From positions 1 through 51,101 of the forward strand of contig CANGGC010000001.1 in assembly GCA_947453125.1 (NCBI GenBank): DNA of 51,101 nt. Reading direction: 5' to 3'. Positions 1-10,194 of this stretch are shown here, one piece after another. How positions within the stretch are numbered: the stretch's first letter is position 1; every line of letters begins with the position of its first letter. A program made the position numbers and the translations under genes. The notes under the pieces are model-generated. The model was given only the letters and a program-made list of their open reading frames with translations, had not been told where the DNA came from and ran no database searches. Source of the stretch: Planctomycetaceae bacterium (lineage in GTDB: Bacteria > Planctomycetota > Planctomycetia > Pirellulales > UBA1268).

Positions 1-1
1 C

Positions 2-3000
2 GCCGAGCTGGGGGCCGAGGCGGTCCGCAAACTCCTCCTCGGGCTCGACCTGGTCAGTCTCTCCAAGGAACTCCGCGAGGAGCTCCACACAACCGGCTCG
101 AAACAGAAGAAGAAGGATCTCGTCAACCGCCTCAAGATCGTCGAGGCGATTCGTGACAGCGAAAACAAGCCCGAGTGGATGGTCCTTGACGTCATCCCGG
201 TCATCCCCCCGGATCTCCGTCCGCTCGTGATGCTCGATTCCGGCAACTTCGCCACCAGCGACCTCAATGACCTCTACCGCCGGATCATCAACCGCAACAA
301 TCGTCTGAAGAAACTCGTCGACCTCAACGCCCCCGAGGTCATCATCCGCAATGAGAAGCGGATGCTGCAGCAGTCCGTCGACGCCCTGTTCGACAACAAC
401 CGCTGCAAGCGGCCGGTGCTCGCCTCGAGCAACCGCCCGCTCAAGAGCCTTACCGACATGATCAAGGGGAAGCAGGGCCGCTTCCGGGAAAACCTCCTCG
501 GCAAACGTGTCGATTACTCGGCGCGGAGCGTGATCGTCGTCGGCCCGACGCTCCGGCTCCACCAGTGCGGCCTGCCGAAGAAGATCGCGCTGGAGCTCTA
601 TCAGCCGTTCATCATCCGGCGGCTCAAGGAGCTCGGCCACGCCGACACGATCAAGAGCGCCAAGAAGATGCTCGAGCGGAAGGACGCCGAGGTGTGGGAC
701 ATCCTCGAGGAGGTGATCCGCAACCACCCGGTGCTCCTCAACCGTGCCCCGACGCTCCACCGCATGGGCATCCAGGCGTTTGAGCCGATCCTCGTCGAGG
801 GGAACGCGATCAAGCTCCATCCGCTGGTCTGCAAGGGCTTCAATGCCGACTTCGACGGCGATCAGATGGCCGTCCACTTGCCGCTCTCGATCGAGGCCCA
901 GGTCGAAGCCCACACGTTGATGCTGTCGACGAACAACATCTTCAGCCCCGCTAACGGTGCCCCGATCATCAGCCCTTCGCAGGACGTGGTGATGGGTTGC
1001 TACTACCTCACCATGCAACTCCCCGGCCGTAAGGGGGAGGGGATGGTGTTCAAGAATGTCGAGGAGGTGGAACTGGCCCACTCGCTCGGCAAGGTGGAGA
1101 CGCACGCCAAGATCCGGGTCAAACTCCCGTCCAAGCGTCGCCTCAAGATGGAGGACATGTCGCAGTCGAAGCCCGGCGCGATCATCGAGACGACTGCTGG
1201 CCGCGTCCTCTTCAACTCCGTTCTTCCCGAAGGGATGCTCTTCTACAACATCCCGATGCGGTCGAGCGAGTTGGCCCGCGTGATCTCCGACTGCTACCAG
1301 GCCCTCGGACGACGTCGCACGATCGACCTTCTCGACGACATGAACCGCACCGGCTTCAAGTGGAGCACGAAAAGTGGTCTTTCGTTCGCCACCGACGATC
1401 TCATCACCCCGACAGACAAGTCGAAGATCATCGGTGACGCCGAGAAGGAGGTCTTCAAGATCCTCAAGCGTTACCAGAAGGGCGTGATCACCGACGGCGA
1501 GCGTTACAACTCGGTGCTCGATGCGTGGACGCACGCCCGCGAGGAGATCACCAAGGGAATGATGGCCGCCCTCGAGAAGGACACGGCCAGCGAATCCCGG
1601 CGTGACGGCTACGTCAACCCGATCTACCTCATGGCCCACTCCGGTGCCCGTGGTGGTGTGGAGCAGATCCGTCAGCTCGCGGGAATGCGTGGACTGATGG
1701 CCAAGCCGTCGGGGAAGATCATCGAGACGCCGATCAAGGCGAACTTCCGAGAGGGGCTGACCGTCCTCGAGTACTTCAGCTCGACGCACGGTGCCCGCAA
1801 GGGACTGGCCGACACCGCTCTGAAGACGGCCGACTCGGGCTACCTCACCCGCAAACTGGCCGACGTCGCCCAGAATGTCGTGGTCACGATGCACGACTGC
1901 GGCACGCCTCAGGGGGTGCAAAAGGGGGTTATCTACCGCGGTGAGAAGGTCGAGGTTCGGCTCGCCGACAGCCTCCGTGGACGCGTTAGCCGGGCAGATA
2001 TCTCCAACCCCATCAGCGGTGAGGTGATCGCCCGTGAGGACGATTTGATCACGCCCAAGATCGCTCAGCAGATCGAGGAACTCGGGCTGGAGAAGGTGCT
2101 GGTCCGCAGCCCGCTGACCTGCGAGGCGCCGCTCGGCGTCTGCCGCCTCTGCTACGGCATGGATCTTTCGACTGGCTCGCTCGTCGAGGAGGGAATGGCC
2201 GTCGGCATCATTGCCGCCCAGAGCATCGGCGAGCCGGGTACGCAGTTGACGATGCGCACGTTCCACATCGGTGGCGTCGGTCAGCGTGCCCTCGAGGAGA
2301 ACCAGAGCAAGACGAAGCGTGCCGGAACGGTGCGGTTTGCCCGGCTTCGCAGCGTGCCTGACGAGAACGGCCAGCAGGTCGTGCTCGCCCGCAACGGTGA
2401 GATCACCATCAGCGATGCCAAGGGGAACGATCTCGAGAAGATCGACGTTCCGGCCGGTGCCATTCTCAAGGTCAAGGAGGGGGACGAGGTCAAGCCGGGC
2501 ACCGTGCTCGTCCAGTGGGATCCGCACTCGATCCCGATCCTCTCGGAAGTCTCCGGAAAGGTTCGCTACGAGGACGTCATCGAGGGCGAGACGGTTCGTA
2601 TCGAGAAGGATCCCAGCGGCCACATCCGCCGGATGATCATGGAGCACAAGGGCGTTTACCAGCCGCAGATCGCGCTGCTCGATGATGACGGCAAGACCCT
2701 CGGCTTCTACTACCTCCCCGAGAAGGCCTACATCGAGGTCAATGAGGGAGAGATCGTCAAGGCGGGTCACATCCTTGCCAAGACGCCCCGCGAGGCGTCG
2801 GGGACCCAGGACATCACCGGCGGTCTGCCCCGTGTGACGGAGATCTTCGAGGCCCGCAAGCCGAAGGATCCCGCGATCATGGCCGAGATCAGCGGTCGCG
2901 TCGAGGTGAAGGGGGAGAAGCGGCGCGGCAAGCGGACCATCGTCGTCCGTAACGAATCGGGACGCGAGGAGGAGCATCTCGTCAGCCAGGGTAAGCACAT

Positions 3001-3817
3001 GCGAGTGCACACCGGCGACGAGGTGAAGGAAGGGGAGGCGCTCGTTGACGGGCCGCTGGTCCCCCATGACATTCTCCGCATCTCGGGCGAGGATGCCGTG
3101 CAGCAGTATCTCGTTCGCGAGATCCAAAACGTCTATCGCAGCCAGCGTGTCGACATCGACGACAAGCACATCGAGATCATCGTGTCGCAGATGTTGCGGA
3201 AGGTGAAGATCGAGTTGGTCGGCGATACGACCCTGCTTCCGGGGAGCGTCATGGACAAGTTCGAGTTCCAGCAGGCCAACAAGCAGATTGCTGAAAGCCT
3301 GCGGATCACCGACAAGGGAGACAGTGAGTTCGCGGTCGGGTCGGTCGTGCCGAAGGAAATCCTCGCGCAGGCCAATGCCCAGATCGAGACCCTCGGCGGC
3401 ACGCCGGCCAAGGGCACCAAGCCGAAGCCGGCCACGGCGAGCACCCAACTGCTCGGGATCACCAAGGCGAGCGTTCAGAGTTCGAGCTTCATCTCGGCGG
3501 CCAGCTTCCAGGAAACGACCAAGGTCCTCACCGAAGCCGCCTTGGCCGGCAAGGTCGACAACCTTGTCGGGCTCAAGGAGAACGTCATCCTCGGCCACCT
3601 CATCCCGGCCGGAACCGGCTTCAACACGTTCCAGAGTTCGGAGGTCCGGGTTCGCCCCGAGGCCCTTGATTCGATGCGGCACGACCGAGTCGAGAATCGG
3701 CTCGTCCAACAGTTCCCCCTCCTCGAGGATTCGGCTCCGGGGATCGACTCGCGGCTCGGTGGTGACTCCGACGTGGCCACCCTCCCCGAGACCGACCAGA
3801 CACGCGAACAACTCTGA
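2..3817 (+). CDS. rpoC: DNA-directed RNA polymerase subunit beta' (5' end outside window)
   Basis: ORF 179..3817 stays open in the same frame back to nt 2 ([12 protein letters not shown]...NKPEW precedes the first Met), so the true start lies upstream of the window. Beta' hallmarks are present: [10 protein letters not shown], catalytic [42 protein letters not shown], and C-terminal HLIPAGTGF. Confidence 0.97.
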   Translation, partial: AELGAEAVRKLLLGLDLVSLSKELREELHTTGSKQKKKDLVNRLKIVEAIRDSENKPEWMVLDVIPVIPPDLRPLVMLDSGNFATSDLNDLYRRIINRNNRLKKLVDLNAPEVIIRNEKRMLQQSVDALFDNNRCKRPVLASSNRPLKSLTDMIKGKQGRFRENLLGKRVDYSARSVIVVGPTLRLHQCGLPKKIALELYQPFIIRRLKELGHADTIKSAKKMLERKDAEVWDILEEVIRNHPVLLNRAPTLHRMGIQAFEPILVEGNAIKLHPLVCKGFNADFDGDQMAVHLPLSIEAQVEAHTLMLSTNNIFSPANGAPIISPSQDVVMGCYYLTMQLPGRKGEGMVFKNVEEVELAHSLGKVETHAKIRVKLPSKRRLKMEDMSQSKPGAIIETTAGRVLFNSVLPEGMLFYNIPMRSSELARVISDCYQALGRRRTIDLLDDMNRTGFKWSTKSGLSFATDDLITPTDKSKIIGDAEKEVFKILKRYQKGVITDGERYNSVLDAWTHAREEITKGMMAALEKDTASESRRDGYVNPIYLMAHSGARGGVEQIRQLAGMRGLMAKPSGKIIETPIKANFREGLTVLEYFSSTHGARKGLADTALKTADSGYLTRKLADVAQNVVVTMHDCGTPQGVQKGVIYRGEKVEVRLADSLRGRVSRADISNPISGEVIAREDDLITPKIAQQIEELGLEKVLVRSPLTCEAPLGVCRLCYGMDLSTGSLVEEGMAVGIIAAQSIGEPGTQLTMRTFHIGGVGQRALEENQSKTKRAGTVRFARLRSVPDENGQQVVLARNGEITISDAKGNDLEKIDVPAGAILKVKEGDEVKPGTVLVQWDPHSIPILSEVSGKVRYEDVIEGETVRIEKDPSGHIRRMIMEHKGVYQPQIALLDDDGKTLGFYYLPEKAYIEVNEGEIVKAGHILAKTPREASGTQDITGGLPRVTEIFEARKPKDPAIMAEISGRVEVKGEKRRGKRTIVVRNESGREEEHLVSQGKHMRVHTGDEVKEGEALVDGPLVPHDILRISGEDAVQQYLVREIQNVYRSQRVDIDDKHIEIIVSQMLRKVKIELVGDTTLLPGSVMDKFEFQQANKQIAESLRITDKGDSEFAVGSVVPKEILAQANAQIETLGGTPAKGTKPKPATASTQLLGITKASVQSSSFISAASFQETTKVLTEAALAGKVDNLVGLKENVILGHLIPAGTGFNTFQSSEVRVRPEALDSMRHDRVENRLVQQFPLLEDSAPGIDSRLGGDSDVATLPETDQTREQL

Positions 3818-3990
3818 TCCGCGGGAGTGGCCCGGTCGGACGGATGTCGTGCCGATCGGGCCAGAACACCAGTCGATCGTGGCCCGAAAAGGGCCGGCCG
3901 GGAATCGCCCTTCCGGTGGTGACGGTCGGACCGTCGGTGCCGTGGGGAAGTGACGGTGTGCGGTTGGATGCACCCCAGCGCCGAAGGACC

Positions 3991-4968
3991 ATGGAACGGC
4001 CTTCTCTCCGGAGCCACTCCATGCGTCCCTCCAAAGCCCCCCGCCGCAACCGGCTTGTCGGCGATCCATCGACGGGATCGAGAGCGCTTCTTGTCGGCCT
4101 GATGCTCGTCATGGCTGGAAATGGCGACTTCCCTGTCGTTCATGGACAGGTTGTCCCCTACAACCCCTACGCCGACAGCCAAGACCCCACGCCGCCGGTA
4201 CTCCCCGACGGAACAATCCACTGGGGGACGTTCTTCAAGTCGGCGGCGATTCAAAAAGCCTACGAGCGACTCTGGAACCTCGGTGCCTGCCGCAACACGA
4301 ACAAGGCGATCACGATCCCCGTCGAGAACAACAAACTGTCGATCGACAGCCTCCCGGAGGACGAGTTCCGTGGGGTGGTGCAGGCGGTCACCGGAACCAA
4401 CGCCGGGGGCGCCGTGGCCTTTCTCCAGACGCCCAAGGACGGATCCGGGGGGGTGGAAAGGGTCGCCCTCCTCCATCCGGCAGGTGTGTCACGGGTCGAT
4501 GTCTCGGGGACTGCCGGAGTGTCTCTGCTCGTCCCCGGCATGGTCGTCCGCTTCCAGGCAAACGTCGACAGCAAGGGGAGGGGAACGGCCCCGATCCATG
4601 TCCTCCATGTGGCCACTCCCTCGGCAGAGGCCAAACCGACCGCTGTCACGCCCGGGCTCGACGAGATGGTGATCGGGAAAGTCGTCCAAATGAAGCGGGG
4701 AAACCTCTCCGTCCGAGTCGATGCGGGGAAGATCCGCCGCCTGACGCTGCCCCTGGCCGACGACGCCGTCGTCGAGGTGGCGACGTCCCAGATCGGCCTG
4801 ATCAGGCCCGGCGACGTCATCGAAATCAAAGGAAGGCTTTGGACGGGTGAAGGGGCGCTCGGTGACGGCACCGTTTTCGCGGACCAACTCACCGTCACCA
4901 AGAAGGCCTCCGCGGCAGGAGGTTCCCCTGGGGAACATGCCGACGCCGCCGACCTCGGGGCACGCTGA
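3991..4968 (+). CDS. hypothetical exported protein
   Basis: First ATG (3991) in ORF 3844..4968. A basic N-terminus is followed by a hydrophobic stretch (ALLVGLMLVMAG), consistent with a signal peptide or anchor. The rest of the sequence looks non-shadow (mixed composition, few Arg runs). I recognise no family motif. Confidence 0.5.
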   Translation: MERPSLRSHSMRPSKAPRRNRLVGDPSTGSRALLVGLMLVMAGNGDFPVVHGQVVPYNPYADSQDPTPPVLPDGTIHWGTFFKSAAIQKAYERLWNLGACRNTNKAITIPVENNKLSIDSLPEDEFRGVVQAVTGTNAGGAVAFLQTPKDGSGGVERVALLHPAGVSRVDVSGTAGVSLLVPGMVVRFQANVDSKGRGTAPIHVLHVATPSAEAKPTAVTPGLDEMVIGKVVQMKRGNLSVRVDAGKIRRLTLPLADDAVVEVATSQIGLIRPGDVIEIKGRLWTGEGALGDGTVFADQLTVTKKASAAGGSPGEHADAADLGAR

Positions 4969-5091
4969 CCGGAAGGCGGCCGGACCAGGAGCGCTTCCCG
5001 AGGACGGGCTGGTGTGACAGACTTCATAGGACTGGCCGTGCGGGCGCCACCCGAGGCACTTCCCCCCGTCGATTCCCCGGAGTTCCGTCCG

Positions 5092-6219
5092 ATGGCGGTA
5101 CGTCATCCCGCCCAGCGTGGCATCCCCTCGCCGATCATCCTCGGCCTGGGAGCAGCGACGGCTCTCGCCTGTGTCGTGCTCCTCGCCACCCGGGACAACG
5201 ATCAGGGCGGTCGATTGTCCGCGAGGGGATTCGAGGCGACGCGGCCCGCCACCGCGTCCCCACCGACCACATTCCCCGAGGGGATGGTGTGGATTCCGGG
5301 CGGGGAGTTCTCAATGGGATGTGACGACCCACGCGGCAAACCGTTCGGCGGCAAAGACCCGATGCCGGATGCCAGGCCGGTGCACCGCGTCCATATCGAC
5401 GGTTACTGGATCGATTCCACGGAGGTGACCAACGACCAGTTCGCGGCGTTTGTGGCCGCCACCGGCTACGTGACGGTGGCCGAGACGCCCCCCCGCGCTG
5501 AGGACTTTCCCGGCGCACCTCCTGAAAACCTCGTGGCCGGCTCGATCGTCTTCTCCCCTCCCGACGGGCCCGTATCGTTCGACAATCATTACCAATGGTG
5601 GGCGTACATCCCCGGCGCCAACTGGCGCCATCCCACCGGCCCCGACAGTTCCATCGAAGGTCTCGGCACTCACCCGGTGGTGCAGATCGCCCACGACGAC
5701 GCGGTGGCCTACGCGGTGTGGGCTGGCAAGCGACTGCCGACCGAGGCCGAATGGGAGTTCGCCGCCCGCGGTGGATTGACCGGCGCGATGTATCCCTGGG
5801 GAGACGAGTTTCAACCGGAAGGCAGGGAGATGGCCAACACTTGGCAGGGGCCGTTTCCGAACCCCAATACTGCCGAGGATGGCTTCGTGTTCGCGGCTCC
5901 CGTCGCGACGTTCCCTGCCAACGGCTACGGTCTCTACGACATGTCGGGCAACGTCTGGGAGTGGTGTGCCGACTGGTACCGCCCCGACACCTACGCCCGC
6001 GATGCCCGCAGACCGGGCCAGCCCCTGCGAAACCCACAGGGGCCGGACACGAGCCATGACCCGCAGGAACCGGGGCAAGCGAAACGGGTGCTCCGCGGCG
6101 GTTCTTTTCTCTGCACCGAACAGTACTGCTCCCGGTACATCGTCGGCACCCGGGGAAAGGGTGAGGTGTCGAGCGGCGCCAACCACATCGGCTTCCGTTG
6201 TGTGCGTTCGCCGGATTGA
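5092..6219 (+). CDS. formylglycine-generating enzyme (SUMF1/FGE-sulfatase family)
   Basis: Motifs MVWIPGGEFSMGCDD, HPVVQIAHDDAVAYAVWAGKRLPTEAEWEFAARGG, NVWEWCADWY, RVLRGGSFLCTEQYCSRY and GFRCVR. An N-terminal TM/signal segment (IILGLGAATALACVVLLA) follows ATG 5092. An alternative GTG start at 5014 is possible. Confidence 0.9.
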   Translation: MAVRHPAQRGIPSPIILGLGAATALACVVLLATRDNDQGGRLSARGFEATRPATASPPTTFPEGMVWIPGGEFSMGCDDPRGKPFGGKDPMPDARPVHRVHIDGYWIDSTEVTNDQFAAFVAATGYVTVAETPPRAEDFPGAPPENLVAGSIVFSPPDGPVSFDNHYQWWAYIPGANWRHPTGPDSSIEGLGTHPVVQIAHDDAVAYAVWAGKRLPTEAEWEFAARGGLTGAMYPWGDEFQPEGREMANTWQGPFPNPNTAEDGFVFAAPVATFPANGYGLYDMSGNVWEWCADWYRPDTYARDARRPGQPLRNPQGPDTSHDPQEPGQAKRVLRGGSFLCTEQYCSRYIVGTRGKGEVSSGANHIGFRCVRSPD

Positions 6220-7977
6220 TCAGGTCGATCGCGGCCCAAGCAGGTTGCGGAACTCGCTCCAGCCGAGGGTGTTGACGACGTCAACGCTGGTCAACCCGGC
6301 GCGGCGCGCCTGGAGCACACCGCACCGCATCACGCCGAGCCCCCGGACCGAATGGGCATCGGTGGAGATCACCATCCGTACCCCGGCCCGCCGCGCCGCA
6401 GCCGCGTGGTGGTCGTCGAGATCGAGCCGGCTCGGATGGGCGTTGATCTCCAGGAACGTTCCCGAAAGCGAGGCAGCTGCGATCACCGCCTCCATGTCGA
6501 CGTCGTACGCGGGCCGACGGTTGATGAGCCGGCCGGTGGGGTGCCCAATGACCCTCACGGCCGGGTGACGAATCGCCTCGAGAATCCGCTCCGTGATCCT
6601 CTCCCGGGGCTGGGATTGCCCGTAGTGGAGACTGGCCACGACCCAGTCCGCCCGCGCGAGGACGTGATCAGGGAGATCGAGCCCGCCACGCTCGAGCATG
6701 TCGACCTCGATCCCCTTGAGGACCACGATCGGCGCCTGCCCTTCGGCGGCGAGTGTCTCATTGAGCCGGTCGATGCGATCCCATTGCCGCAGGAGCCGCG
6801 TCTCGTCCAAGCCGCGAGCCATCGAGACCCGCTGGCTATGATCCGTGATAGCGATGTACTCAAGGCCACGCTCCCGGGCGCCCCGCACCATGTCGGCGAG
6901 CGTGTCCTCGCCGTCGGTGTCGGTGGTGTGCATGTGGAGATCACCGCGGATATCGCGATCCTCGACGAGGCGCGGAAGCCTCACCTCCGCGGCAAGCGCC
7001 AGTTCGTCACGGCCCTCGCGGAGTTCTGGGGGGATCCAGGCGAGCCCGAGGGCATGGTAAACCTCGGCCTCGGTCTCGGCTGTCGGCGGTTGTGCTGGAG
7101 CCGAGGGACCGACCGGCTGGAAGCCGTACTCGTTGAGCGACCACCCGTGTTCGCGGGCCCTCGAGCGGACGCGGATGTTGTGTTCCTTGGAGCCGGTGAA
7201 GTACAGCCAGGCGGCCCCGAAGGCTGCGGAGACGACAACCCGGAGATCGATCTGCATGCCACGCGGCCCGCGGATGCTCGACTTCGTTCCCCCGGAGGCG
7301 ATCACGTCCGTCGTGTGATCCCAGTGGCGGAAGTGTTCCATGACCGTAGCCGCATCGGTCGCCACCGCGACGAGGTCGATGTCGCCGACCGTCTCGCACC
7401 CCCGGCGCCAACTCCCGGCGGCCTCGATCCGCTCCACCGCCGGGCATCCCCGCATCCAGGCGAGGACGTCAGCCACGACCTGATCGGCATCGTCCCAGAG
7501 TTGCCGCTGCACGGCAGCACCACGGACGAAGGCGAGGTTCTTGAGGATCGAGGCCTCCGTCTTCTCGCCGAAGCCCTTCACGCCCCGCACGCGTTCCCCG
7601 CGGCAGGCCTCCTCGAGTGAGTTGAGCGAATCGATGCCTAGCGCATCGACGAGTTGCCGGACCTTCTTTGGACCGAGGCCCGGGATCCGCAGCAAATCGA
7701 ATACGTCTGCCGGGACCCTCCCCGACAACTCCTCCAGGAGCGGGAGCCGACCGGTGTCGAGGATCGTCCCGATCTTGGCGGCAAGATCCCGACCGATGCC
7801 CTCGAGATCGGTGAGGGATCTCGCGCCATCGGCCCTGATCGCATCGAGCGACTCGATCTGGCCGGCGATGGTTCGCGCGGCAGCACGGTACGCGCGGACC
7901 CTGAACGCGTTCTCCCCTTCGTATTCGAGGAGATCGGCGAGACGATCGAAGAGGGCGGCGACGTCGGCGTTTGTCAC
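6220..7977 (-). CDS. polX: DNA polymerase X family protein with C-terminal PHP phosphoesterase domain
   Basis: The Pol-beta-like N-terminus has HhH elements (VTNADVAALFDRLADLLEYEGENAFRVRAYRAAARTI, GIGRDLAAKI, GLGPKKVRQLV) and the nucleotidyltransferase motif GSWRRGCETVGDIDLV. PHP motifs are GDLHMHTTDTDG, ITDHS, EINAHPSRLD and STDAH. I chose the GTG start at 7977 because the longer ORF (to 8307) is Arg/Pro-rich and overlaps the upstream gene, which ends at 7997. Confidence 0.9.
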   Translation of the reverse strand: MTNADVAALFDRLADLLEYEGENAFRVRAYRAAARTIAGQIESLDAIRADGARSLTDLEGIGRDLAAKIGTILDTGRLPLLEELSGRVPADVFDLLRIPGLGPKKVRQLVDALGIDSLNSLEEACRGERVRGVKGFGEKTEASILKNLAFVRGAAVQRQLWDDADQVVADVLAWMRGCPAVERIEAAGSWRRGCETVGDIDLVAVATDAATVMEHFRHWDHTTDVIASGGTKSSIRGPRGMQIDLRVVVSAAFGAAWLYFTGSKEHNIRVRSRAREHGWSLNEYGFQPVGPSAPAQPPTAETEAEVYHALGLAWIPPELREGRDELALAAEVRLPRLVEDRDIRGDLHMHTTDTDGEDTLADMVRGARERGLEYIAITDHSQRVSMARGLDETRLLRQWDRIDRLNETLAAEGQAPIVVLKGIEVDMLERGGLDLPDHVLARADWVVASLHYGQSQPRERITERILEAIRHPAVRVIGHPTGRLINRRPAYDVDMEAVIAAASLSGTFLEINAHPSRLDLDDHHAAAARRAGVRMVISTDAHSVRGLGVMRCGVLQARRAGLTSVDVVNTLGWSEFRNLLGPRST

Positions 7978-7996
7978 GGACGATCCCGGGGGCGGC

Positions 7997-9271
7997 TCAC
8001 TGCTGCGAACGCGAGGGGAGGGCCGCCGTGGGATAGGCCGCCGCACGGGGGGCAACCGGCTGCCACGAGGTGGTGTGGGCCGTCGGAGCCAGCAGCCGGG
8101 GGAAGGCCCCGGTGGTCGTCCCCGGCCCAGGGCCCGGAACCGTGGGCATGCTGGGAGCCATAGCACGGGGAGCCGGGCTAGCCGGTGCGGCAGGAATCGG
8201 CACCAATCGTTGGGCACCGGCCTGCGGGGCTTCGCCGGTGAGCGGAGTGGCGGCAGGGGCTTGGCCGGCGGCCGGCGCGTTCCCTGTCGCCGCCGGTGCC
8301 GTGGCACCGCTCCCGGCCGCGGCCGGAGCTGCGGTCGCTGCCGCCGCCGGGACCGCCCCGGCCTGACCGGCAGCCGGAGACTTCGGCAATTCCGGGATCG
8401 GCCGCAGCGACGGGGCGGGCGTCAGCGACGGAGGAGCGGTGGGCTGGAGCGTCGGCACCTGCTGAAGCGTCGGTGCAAAGGAGCCACCCTGGGGAACGAT
8501 CTGCGGTTGGTAGGTGGGCTGGGCGACAGCCCCTCCCTGCTGGAGCGCCGGAGCCGAGATGCTCGTCTGCCCAGGCACGATCTGCTGCGGGATGTCGGCA
8601 CCGGCTGCCCCCCAGGCCTGCGGAGCGGTCTGCACCGGCGCGGCGAACGGGCTGGTCGCCGCGCCAGCCGGTCCGGGAGCGACGTTGGTCCCCGGGACCC
8701 ACGCCGAAGGGGAGGCAGCGGCTGGTGCCATCACGGGAGCCCCGACGGCCGGTTGTGTGTAAGCGGGTTGCGCATAGGCGGGCTGGGCGTACGCCGGCTG
8801 GGCATAGCCCTGCTGGGGCTGCATCTGCACATACTTTGTCGAGTAGACCGCCCGGTATTGGGTGACCGGCACGTTGACGGGCTGCTGGACGTAGTTCGTC
8901 ACCTGCTCCATGCAATCGCGCGGGCAACCGGTGCAGGGATCGATCTCGCACGAAGGCTTGTAACTCGTCACCGGCACCGAGCGGTACTCAGTCCGGTACG
9001 TCGTCTCGGGAACGTAGCTCACCTGCTGGACGGGAACGGTGACTGGGGGCGGCGGCGCGACAGGTACCGGCGCCATCACCGGCGCCATGGCCGGTGCCGC
9101 CACCGGGGCCACGACCGGCGCGATAGCGTAGGCCTGCGGAGCCTTGTTGAAGCACGAGTGGAAGCCGGCGAACAGATCATTGAGACAGCACTGCGCCATG
9201 CCGACGCGCGGTCCTGCCACCATGAGAACTCCCGCCAGATTCAGCGTTACGACCATTCGCCGCACGTTCAT
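7997..9271 (-). CDS. secreted Pro/Ala/Gln-rich low-complexity protein with Cys-containing N-terminal region
   Basis: ATG 9271 gives MNVRRMVVTLNLAGVLMVAGPRVGMAQCC, which is signal-peptide-like. It is followed by YVPETTYRTEYRSVPVTSYKPSCEIDPCTGCPRDC, AYAQP pentapeptide repeats, and a long P/A/Q tract. The opposite-strand ORF 7541..9370 is Arg-rich shadow. Confidence 0.6.
   Translation of the reverse strand: MNVRRMVVTLNLAGVLMVAGPRVGMAQCCLNDLFAGFHSCFNKAPQAYAIAPVVAPVAAPAMAPVMAPVPVAPPPPVTVPVQQVSYVPETTYRTEYRSVPVTSYKPSCEIDPCTGCPRDCMEQVTNYVQQPVNVPVTQYRAVYSTKYVQMQPQQGYAQPAYAQPAYAQPAYTQPAVGAPVMAPAAASPSAWVPGTNVAPGPAGAATSPFAAPVQTAPQAWGAAGADIPQQIVPGQTSISAPALQQGGAVAQPTYQPQIVPQGGSFAPTLQQVPTLQPTAPPSLTPAPSLRPIPELPKSPAAGQAGAVPAAAATAAPAAAGSGATAPAATGNAPAAGQAPAATPLTGEAPQAGAQRLVPIPAAPASPAPRAMAPSMPTVPGPGPGTTTGAFPRLLAPTAHTTSWQPVAPRAAAYPTAALPSRSQQ
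8759..8818 (-). repeat. four tandem 15-nt units encoding (AYAQP)n
   Basis: Plus-strand units are GTAAGCGGGTTGCGC, ATAGGCGGGCTGGGC, GTACGCCGGCTGGGC and ATAGCCCTGCTGGGG. The minus strand translates as QQGYAQPAYAQPAYAQPAYTQPA. Confidence 0.7.
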
Positions 9272-9545
9272 GACTCGCTCCTCGGAATCGACCCGACCAC
9301 CACTTCCGGTCAACCGCACGCCGCAGAGCGCGGCCTTCACGGTCGCCATCTCCTCCGCGATCCTGTCTAGCGTAGGTTGCCGGCGGGGGGGGTTGGGGAA
9401 AGTATTTCGTCATCGGAATCATGAATTCCCGTGGCGGGCCCGGCAGGACCGTCACGACTCGCACAGTCGGAACTTCCTGCGACGGCGGGAAGGTTTCGGC
9501 GTCGCGATGATCGCCGCCTTCGCCCGCCATGACGGCGAAAACGCG

Positions 9546-10172
9546 TCAACGTGGCGCTACCGCACGGGATCGCTCGAAGCGGTCGTAGAGCAGATCGAAC
9601 GCCTTGCGCAGATCTTCCCCGGCTTCGACGATCGCCGCGTCCAGATCGCCCGGAAGGATCGTCGTTCCGAACCACTCCCCATGGCCGGGGAGTTGGCCAA
9701 CCAGCGACTCGAGCAGCGCCCTGCTTCCACGACAGGAAACGAGCGTGGGCAAGTCCGTCGGACCGTGGGAGGTCACCATCAATCCGATTCCGAGCCCCCT
9801 GGCCATGCACCGCACCATGGACCGACCCGCAGTTCCGAGGAGTTCCCAGCTATCGATGCAGGCCAGACCGCCCCGGGGCGTTTGCCGCATCGATCGGAGG
9901 ACGCCGAGTACGTCACCCCGACTCCGCATCCTGATCCTCACCACGGGCCGTGATTCCGCAGCGACGACTTCCGACAGATGGAACAGCAGGGTCGACTTCC
10001 CTGTTCCGTGTGGACCTTCGATCGCGCCCGACCCGCCGATGGCTCCGAGTCGCTCGACGAGCGCCGGCAGATCGAGGACTCTCCCACGACTGTCACGCGG
10101 TACGAGACGGGCCGACGAAACGTAACGCGTCGCGAACGGATTTCGACGATGGTGGAAGTGTTCGAAAAGCAT
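9546..10172 (-). CDS. minimal P-loop NTPase (AAA-like), function unknown
   Basis: ATG 10172 (MLFEHFHHRRNPF...). Walker A is GPHGTGKSTLLF and the Walker-B-like segment is GGLACIDSWELL. The start lies 22 nt downstream of the preceding gene's stop (10195). Confidence 0.6.
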   Translation of the reverse strand: MLFEHFHHRRNPFATRYVSSARLVPRDSRGRVLDLPALVERLGAIGGSGAIEGPHGTGKSTLLFHLSEVVAAESRPVVRIRMRSRGDVLGVLRSMRQTPRGGLACIDSWELLGTAGRSMVRCMARGLGIGLMVTSHGPTDLPTLVSCRGSRALLESLVGQLPGHGEWFGTTILPGDLDAAIVEAGEDLRKAFDLLYDRFERSRAVAPR

Positions 10173-10194
10173 GAAGTGGGGTCGAGTCGATGAC

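Noticed and set aside
3881-3895. GGCCC-GAAAA-GGGCC hairpin 64 nt after the rpoC stop, as a possible terminator.
   Set aside because: It is a 5-bp stem with no following U-tract, which is too weak to call. A similar small GC hairpin occurs at about 45675, so these may be incidental GC-rich palindromes.
5014-5091. Upstream alternative starts for several genes (e.g. GTG 5014 for the FGE gene, 15979 for fcl, 21792 for the A24 peptidase, 24675 for ygfZ, 29564 for the glycosyltransferase, 34788 for the M28 peptidase, 46627 for the response regulator, 50322 for SNF2).
   Set aside because: The extensions are Arg/Pro/Gly-rich and often overlap the neighbouring gene. They precede an internal ATG that sits at the conserved domain boundary or at a signal peptide. 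The start calls remain provisional without experimental data.
7978-8307. 110-aa N-terminal extension of the PolX ORF (MPRHRRRQGTRRPP...).
   Set aside because: It is Arg/Pro-rich and overlaps the 3' end of the upstream gene (stop 7997). A GTG at 7977 begins exactly at the conserved Pol X N-terminal helix and gives a typical length of about 585 aa.
8759-8818. Short tandem repeats (8759-8818, 16615-16650, 32779-33054) considered as possible CRISPR or minisatellite arrays.
   Set aside because: The units are directly adjacent with no spacers, are 9-15 nt long, and lie in frame inside CDSs encoding low-complexity peptide repeats. There are no cas genes in the window.
7541-9370. Long ORFs antisense to, or out of frame with, the called genes. 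Examples: 7541..9370(+), 17605..19485(+), 26488..27612(-), 28194..29534(+), 29564..30736(-), 33178..34623(+), 35772..37382(-), 36949..38061(-), 40699..42705(-), 46870..48927(+).
   Set aside because: Their translations are dominated by Arg/Pro/Gly/His runs with no recognisable motifs. Each overlaps a frame that carries clear family signatures. This is the expected shadow-ORF behaviour of GC-rich DNA, where stop codons are rare.
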